Below are positions 62,701 to 64,000 of a DNA stretch of 64,000 nucleotides, piece by piece. A program made the translations under genes and the position numbers. Positions within the stretch are counted from its first letter, which is position 1; each line of letters opens with the position of its first letter. The DNA is from a candidate division FCPU426 bacterium (GTDB lineage Bacteria > Oederibacteriota > JAAXVQ01 > JAUVAV01), in assembly GCA_040756875.1 (NCBI GenBank), contig JBFLYH010000003.1, positions 352,001 through 416,000 of the forward strand, given 5' to 3'. The notes below the pieces were generated by a model. The model saw only the letters and a program-made list of their open reading frames with translations. It was not told the DNA's origin and did no database searches.

Positions 62701-63126
62701 TTTGTCGACATTCACCGGCGTGCTCTCGCCTTCCACGCCGACCACGCGCAGACGGTTTTTCCTGCCCAGTTCCGCCAGCATGGCTTGGATGTTGCTTTGC
62801 ACTTCATAATTGCAATGCAGGTCCTGAATATACACCACGGTTTTTCCCGAAGCGCCCTGGTAACTGCTGGTAACGCGCCCCCATTCAGGTTTGATTTCGA
62901 TGGATTGCCCGTTGGCGGCCAGCGGGGTATAGCGGAATTCCTCGATTAAACTTTTCGGATAGGTGGCCGGCTCAAATGCGAAGGCTACGGAGGGCCAGAT
63001 GAATCCCAGGGATATCATCAAGGCCAGGGTTTTAGCGATTGGCAGGCGGCCAGGACGGCGCCAGGCATCCAGACTGGCTACGGCTGGCACGGGTGTTTGA
63101 GCTGCGGATGGTTTCATCGAAGACAT
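44734..63126 (-). CDS. Giant (6130 aa) multidomain exported/membrane protein: EreA/ChaN/Tiki-like N-terminal domain, 2 cytidylate-kinase-like, GGDEF-like, HAD-like, multiple HExxH/E motifs, several TM clusters
   Basis: 18.4-kb uninterrupted ORF with AGGGAG RBS-like sequence; motifs IQDLHCN/VEG/GGFH, IITVDGPDATGKT, IRHGGDEG, TDWTGT...ATGR...GENGA...GDS...ND, IITMGGPSGTGK. Confidence 0.88.
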   Translation of the reverse strand: MSSMKPSAAQTPVPAVASLDAWRRPGRLPIAKTLALMISLGFIWPSVAFAFEPATYPKSLIEEFRYTPLAANGQSIEIKPEWGRVTSSYQGASGKTVVYIQDLHCNYEVQSNIQAMLAELGRKNRLRVVGVEGESTPVNVDKLARIPLSPVKDKVGQYFLQRGRITGAEYQAATGAEPLVLQGIESQALYDHNQNTLMKFLNEESQGYCQDLRFALEQLKRPIYSTDLAKMDHERENFDQENQTLEKYCDFLLAEANRLGVELEPYKVIRLYALEHRLPVNAVVDYERLLHEAEALDRAVRQRLYTSDEQRQLDHQLYVLKIMENLINISATEEDLRYFRGHREDFTLESMLHFLENVSYRYALQPDLDPGVLKLVEYLDLSADFYRVADQRSQAFVENLMQAMRKNQTSLAVLITGGFHASHVENVLRTQGVSFLTVKPRLTRTDVANPYFSLLRNERTPLEKLLARNENIFAPRSLFNNPVFKRYLETVWEIELGRKLVLEDKLAGDALQQAFREARGNYPEDDAKVSLVFRPEQSNPAANVFVFQFDQEAGWYVVVRPNATTAYTTELSGEVLYGNNFQFQFVGADEFAQKRAQILGTEEPARAGAFALSRLAAQVAEVTNPITRALGTLAIAWGAPQGLRGLTPVSAARSLVAALARLFRPAATLWSVVTARMSGYFRPEQRLVERAMLWSLDKYGYAQNQVNRTELEVDLQNVLDLSKDDKTLQAFIAGRAERLALAGMAFRNGRLPLLGEVTPSDNLNRLVRDYNEAEELAEAVLAGTSLDSLDLKSAGSHLAQLVQAIRAGRRSFELGEQDVLSPERLLPEFTSDRQRDAMRQLAKQNNLKVQIPNFSFNPIVFFRPAQLQIASIRQGLLNFAQQLDADLLQGAELPMTAASQEIMAGSSAETPVEEEVAEAPVINLNISRKPDNALLGPAGAGTSALTLEQIMDRATPLGQVADNGQRQIVTDGLKLLGFQMRPDGRVILQTSQLVKRVQAAQRTLDQERRASNRRLNFLNRIAAPTPAQQQERFELQQRLQQYPNAAFELSEIMAAFKASGDKEFEVRLSGEMDALAHGQAFSEVQGNRMVLNAKALDQLKNNRGKMQLLRRLAHESGHIAGLEQTRIGEIRAGLIAKILAGYQLGIADYTAEIGNVNRRAILGETVELPLAAVGPASEIALTDGERETMSTWFNARGWTEVSIDTLATYTGGLSAGQLESLVPGRTTEKTHQDGVKLLAQLSQALAGMDSRFYSGADLLETFKLTLQGLSLDAAVTKHIQDLKTYAQDVVPAEFSAYETARAPIRTTDGVRELVRMAFDGEEGLALTPALTLMVERVASDEAAKFTEANYAVEFALNFDARAAAVLKDLPVALQPQARQLLQATLDKALASQPGTMAKLIDRKLQTQVPTPEAAIGALRDFGRFFRSNFQETGFADQADAVRNSLRRIGQDLLRQTASQQVIRLFGNKAPPSQEELSRFLPADYPLPFLADKLANDPRFQQIFSQYTSQAVWFLGNATKTQGYVTALKQLQDAANAAQSRREAIRGNLQQALDQIAWFFDTADWAEVEQMALALYRMQYARNLADSLKVPLEQVASDRSLASQTALAAELNIVADELAALRQAQGGQTASLARLAQAAHEQAVAALPQTRPLALVGPRRAGRVVEDEQKQLMAGVRQAFNTALQQYQSGKYQRTRLIELLDEAEQLMATLVNRYSDDPDVLALQGNLTEQKRLLVQTLNFEDFARRNPEYVKALDSLKQQVRDTTGTVGWSDFLTYAAASGQIVSRGGVPHATYSNPNADNIAQAQFAGYMRVAMINGQTVLCVDNGSSHYQRPGFRGAEAQFLAGIRGMRQALAALGFTQVALFPGHALEGMTRFDPSQIVGVIDLKNGQARASKDIATPVEIEGFEAVETRAADLQPESPAEYAEYIRSRAEAAANAVRPFLAKAEDAAAVEAYLRGLSPENFEVRTTERISGALAVHRQAGGKLQVIAERQLEGDLKKSTILHEAVEAALRSQGIAEAHALAFVVEQELAPESLRAKLSQTTHYDEVHLRNVVANTADVISAVDREPGGTPALKQRQKENALLVARVARSLLQEQQRVRALALDRRGFYGEETQSALSTLLAVFLNSQKELRDRLFKQIPGANTLQLARTLVQRGFDLLDQEQLNAFFASFGHKAETRAGLYTRQVLSEEINRLRRSLRGTVFENTLDQAQAAVQSLESGQGLTVKVNGQDRAITDLQIRKITSKASVSPEALKIGAFFTVEETPAGPVGFVNVMAHRQLPQALLHELLESVLGLDHRNVADLEAVSAYSLGTQPFLQSLAREIFWPTRVLSAIVGVIGILATLLAVGAIATGLVAPAAAVTLAGSGLVPLLWSVATFFKPRFIITVDGPDATGKTEIGEVLSRYFGYTYADAAIYYRAFALIVKDEIDKGNWTEDAFRAETPAEQQAFATFTKIVMDRLQQANVTVYFDRALGEQRMRVFLREGAFPGRRREVTDQVLPNAVNAAGEDFQRLESLASRLGRIPAVQKVVDDHLRALAKRENLVAVGQTMGTKLFDRDAKMRFYVVNNDLRNRAERLLKRPLRTEEELAAGLKEIENMDLSARTRSRDPLRPIPEAVVLDTGNFTLAEVLGTAQQSIIRKSRVVRSAIGRLWSMARERNRMLNRIQGENARRQMLEQAGDAWLGFSDIDGLSGYNLIYGKSITNFLLDDVLGIIEETANSRPVKLILEKKRQAVRRQLLGALLTLHFRQVFKLLPKLAETRVTTIRHGGDEGLYLMPENFTPQEIKEIMRLFRSRVQLNMHRQFMAYDLRGLKPQEEQQLRAIAAKINEDYGDPKLARVAFDEVYGVRLLLRVGRNDLAGRFQRELQGFAPVPADQVNGRLLEQIFKKRLEQAGLQTARLENLNLTKMAWPREAEDFKPPIDQKGYGYLQEGYFLTPTLSIGATKASRVDFAYVEKQAAGELSRSEVQAWSEALYQLAGDFLHVAKDAGKNQVVVDDLTKPIQAKEKKAEAPVLGDAHGRQLLRQQLLYEDNMILRSGDKPKHDAIYPKHFSTEGFRELVAQRLAVLAGRGDFQPEVHVSRAPPDSGPDKVHIAVITPETTYLLELEGQYYGPFVEQARGILRQRMAEEWSQQQQRPLEEVLADPVLERTLDETMASYVIATRDGVNYNRFKLVNDAIGYTAGDQMIGLPHLILDLNGLNLLRQPGRMNRKLPGVLSELEKEINDPQSGNQAHVVLTAVFSEMPTKQAAKRGLGRLFSDLRVASMAKQGKITAYQPTLRQPALVTQMGLAVTRLQGMFAEPGAQRRMVEEVEAAETAPRTRGFRPRSLFLMLFALIAAGFMAVSTPNVSAWAQGAQPNIRVDTEQVELIKKAPATRSYSLALEGRQQQLEVPVEAGDRAVSSHMTMTSPLGSHVALILEKTSADIDKFRAAKVRAQALVKKQLARLQGQEEPADPREINTWRSLDRTLSALNPGEVQLHAPVTLEGQELGAFLVNGRTYVPAGHLNDPELLAYDLVHENLHPAVRSAYGQIGDNAEENRVLKFGVDAFGSMLKVSLGFGETGLQISVHSIDPNLSADNPEIERAIQGALLAAWRQILEQKAQGQTVDQDFANALSLEMEKRGMPIPTQLEAKPGQGGFITAPLAGVLTGASAVVAGTTAIIATGTATLLTGGLVAAGILLILGMGAVITGLPTRTTLSKLAKVVNPAGFARLAKRVIDFIRGNPMIVLLAAIGIYSLLAQHPAEGGVIFAAAGMVVGPGDKKTQVENKVAALVRAHPELAAVVPQLTEALLRHQEHLKTANKFESLHAALKGLKDYDAAVIVQLIADRPQYFVHFVQVLENYQRKGGFADFAEVQLFIGQMNRMIQRTGQNAARLLSLLASNRQLAAIRDRGIEAVADMVDELGLDALSRLEQQIKESAQEQYFLAYESLQVARYLERIIDAATAPVLICENVAYGMFVTQPLKQHIQEYAAQKGKQVEFIRTRARSGMSHTNPPYIADRLFYREDADARMAPEDDITPQILRRLMTEAPHVVVLDGSKNQRYPDGFQQFSNLSVLLNSVLNPGLPSQDVLELSKKSRASHAEEALRDRNNRELLARLRELKPGATQVVYDVQYWTPDGRALPTRRDKIFDSLQRNYENFRERPGQREIILINATVNNASIPLWLRKFMAMDAPEMGRKDHRPGYFEDFYAFANKTFYARVQELFGKLRRQQPTREAEAVPALDPIRPDLNLSPAQVLNIFFDAMTAVLLTQRGAPVAVDERDGRTELLPTSKLLALLPEVERKMWEERLGQTYKGMLTDWTGTMEEKDIAQALQEGKYVGLATGRIMTASSMAKTIKQLQAYGATEQDLERLRIYGENGATKWQVRSGQPVEDAAYRRTLQPGDINLLEQLLASYPDKKVSEGQGYFNVSCRSRDKAFELARFITRQFPRLQRQYAMYVEGKDLRIYPWDVTKRRAAEDMAADLGIDTTELFLAGDSVGSIFDNDLPLVADSGFNVGSVRSPLWGVSVRRALNQPLNAMAATRALLARVRILRADEFQARPARAAPVASPLDGTPDEIRDFLERRLAWRGPHGAFVNDLMQALYSLGSPWRSQRMLRLTRAMIIAWLADRYSEVLPELSTVMDQFGLTEAERLFVLRSAEEHVLTTLSGEFFKDRPLETTLAYFWNRLLQTKEKRDAEIASVAQTASQPEGRTPRLGERGTASLSLVMGLAGGSFLAVGLGYLIYTAVFLGAGTAALFGAGAVLLGVGLLAGAAAFLSAFQKLRLRVAALRETAWPVLRRHLQRAVDFVRGNPMIILLAAIGIYALLNQQPAGGQFILAAGMVGGLGKDTIVRDRYKIPQRVSGQRRVEKLLSDGEPAALAVAEIDSFSDLKDIYGQDIAEFIYEKTLQILQGYLGRNIFFFRPENTSARFAIATKLRNDKEFSRLLQDVQSYLFYSFNRRYRVVTLQYFDLDNQARTISERDFNIRLSQLRNAVREFGHGAVGITEGRQVHVVYEISAQKDLQHALEVAGILQPSGTSADTLAAMPFEVESKIGLHAGYLYVPKLSMGVAGAEAYDKALAQVPTRQGEVRSQMPGRDLFRVLEKAATDALAAFARPLGGEIVFAVNLEQEANGQAQEAKEFISPEWSLLNFNIRNDQIFQRWFVNTAQRLASESDDKLAAIDALRQLYHDNQEALEDMDFDYLGVIFLNARQVIEEMRQMGHYALPDAERKFWEITLLWEQRHGGGMVDQYLDRHPELRPAMARLRRLIDPARREKEMERLREDLRSFADQVDLDMLVAPGRVKEPFSILMNFLRYWNKAMPAKPDFSDTDIYNERNVKKIVDDVVGTLLVIPHVDQIEKAVNQLIPYLEAHGYRIKVVDGQKAAGVNVSITQGADGRIKIEQITDGYFDVKIKIAPVDPMAFGAEIKILPNFLDESATRPGYTLVKQDVIKAVDWIITMGGPSGTGKIEAAWKLAQSLSYRVIDVGLVYRGIVSVYEKFLAAGKADSFEEFVKRAKFRLTAEGLTADYNRKGAAKETMAFNRNELAGETTESSELTVGAKIFRDQRQLLDTLVSRLVQNSAQKGRVIVVGQTPEQYVKRTDIRVYFDLTAKDRKSTEPQSRMPVPTDALIISPETQKSASRTVRMIEQMIADTIMSRGIVRQAVLGRKNGDYQALSLRNTLVVAAVWIGILSLGLGLPLLPSLGLGLLYPSAKLATAFRLLRAKYGFPGLLRHVGEPVGAYDPKIEKMVDPQTGAVLGEADWPIAWHEGFSHAAAQRLLRVFGINMASMPTGTFRYALVAGLAEFLTHTLDTLTAPMAFARLRTGPRWDAVVLSGVFLTSGLLLAASFFVALPAAVPVALGAVFALAGLSVAGFRGVLAPRAAEPADAETAAGTTAEAQPLQEIIATVRQDQNLGVTAQPGTTVWQRLRLRFVESGLGRAIIQMRGLPAGLKLMLLLPRPQNNFWGRAAVIGLSLAAWAGISLALVNGAGVNMAASFVLTGLTVLAPGFAFQYRLRTMAATPASRAIARSAWLEQIVLALNRSRDSVQVSLLLQELLGVLNEVKDDPVAREAVLDILSSLPSNQKNVTLQMADGSQFSRQLPMAVLEKPNLLIRFKRIFPVIKIDNQIWEAPQPRQRRAVDSAA

Positions 63127-63239
63127 GAGGAGACGACTCTCCCTTCCCTTACGCTGCGGGTTCCATGCCCTTTTCGATAAAAAGGCAGCCTGAAATGGGA
63201 AAACCGCAGACTATTTCCCTTATATATTATTTCAATTTT

Positions 63240-63268
63240 AGTATAGCACAGGGTTTCATGGATCGCAA
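63240..63268 (-). promoter_or_regulatory. Sigma70-like promoter with extended -10 for the 6130-aa gene
   Basis: TTGCGA-17 nt-TATACT with TGn preceding the -10. Confidence 0.5.
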
Positions 63269-63375
63269 ATCAGGGGGCCGATTTCCAGGAACCGCCGAAA
63301 TCCGCTTCAATTTAAGGCCTTTTTCGGCTGGCGTTTCAACTTGTTGTAACCGGGCAAATAGCTTGATCCATTCTT

Positions 63376-64000
63376 TCAGTCCAATTTCAGCTTTATACTG
63401 ACCTCCGGAAATTCCAGACGATCCGGCATGAGCAGGGAAATATTCTTCTTCAACCGGTTGATCAGCAGCATGTTGCCGGTGCTGCTGGTGATGCTTCCCG
63501 CGGCATCCAGACGTAAAACGCATTGCGCTCGTGCTTGCGCAAAAACCAGCTCCACACCTTTATTCCCGTTTGGATACTTGTATGTCGCCGTCTCCCCGGA
63601 AGGAAACTGCAAGCCTGTTCTTCGTCCCACCTGGTCATACTCTTTGATAAGTTGCAATTGGCCCTTTTCGTCCAAATATCGGACTTGGGTCTGGTTTTGC
63701 GTGCGGTTGAAAAGCAGGCGTTTTCCATCGGGAAGCGTCATTGCTTCGACCCGGCCTTGCGATAAATGCCACGTCTGACTGCGGCCGCGATACTGTATTT
63801 CCAATTTGGTTCTTTCGGGAGAAACGTCCACAACCTTGCCGGCTTCCCCCCGGGCAGTGTTCCAGCTTTGCAATCGGCCGTCCGGGCCGTACGTTTCGGT
63901 CTGCACGACTGCTTCGTGCAGACGCCAAACCCGGCGGTACCCCATGGGGCGCCCCAGCCAGGTTTGCTGATAAAGGGTGCCGCGATATCCTCCGGGGCCC
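63376..64000 (-). CDS. 3' part of a YD/RHS-repeat-like protein (5' end outside the window)
   Basis: Frame stays open from 63945 to the window edge (GPGGYRGTLYQQTWLGRPM...); YGPDGRL, LPDGK, YLDEKGQL, YDQVGRRT and FPSGETATYKY resemble YD repeats. Confidence 0.6.
   Translation of the reverse strand, partial: GPGGYRGTLYQQTWLGRPMGYRRVWRLHEAVVQTETYGPDGRLQSWNTARGEAGKVVDVSPERTKLEIQYRGRSQTWHLSQGRVEAMTLPDGKRLLFNRTQNQTQVRYLDEKGQLQLIKEYDQVGRRTGLQFPSGETATYKYPNGNKGVELVFAQARAQCVLRLDAAGSITSSTGNMLLINRLKKNISLLMPDRLEFPEVSIKLKLD

Noticed and set aside
44734-63126. Giant ORF as NRPS/PKS, RTX adhesin or RHS toxin; naming it cmk
   Set aside because: No adenylation, KS, RTX or RHS-core motifs were seen; the CMK-like parts are divergent internal domains.

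Overview
GC-rich diderm bacterial chromosome segment with almost all genes on the minus strand. The combination of Pro/Thr-linker proteins with C-terminal sorting domains, PorV-like barrels and giant QDxH-domain proteins suggests an Elusimicrobiota/FCPU426-like lineage, but this is inference only. The first 37.8 kb is a housekeeping backbone: mltG, ruvX, ubiB-like kinase, phasin, alaS, recX, RNase P RNA, lemA/TPM, fmt, def, priA, family-4 UDG, coaBC, rpoZ, gmk, yicC and clpB. It is interrupted at several points by surface or secreted-protein cassettes: five proteins with T9SS-like/FlgD-Ig C-terminal domains (three are subtilases, two of them coupled to their own PorV-like gene), a beta-barrel plus two-lipoprotein operon, and a TolB-like propeller. 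The last 26 kb holds the most unusual feature: two tandem giant paralogous genes (2236 aa and 6130 aa). They share a signal peptide, a ~400-aa EreA/ChaN/Tiki-like N-terminal domain and a ~110-aa C-terminal domain ending in basic residues plus 'AA', but their middles are unrelated cargo. The larger one carries two cytidylate-kinase-like domains, GGDEF-like domains, a HAD domain, several HExxH/HExxE motifs, TM clusters and internal signal-like segments. A truncated YD-repeat-like gene lies upstream. No CRISPR array, tRNA, rRNA or transposase was recognised.
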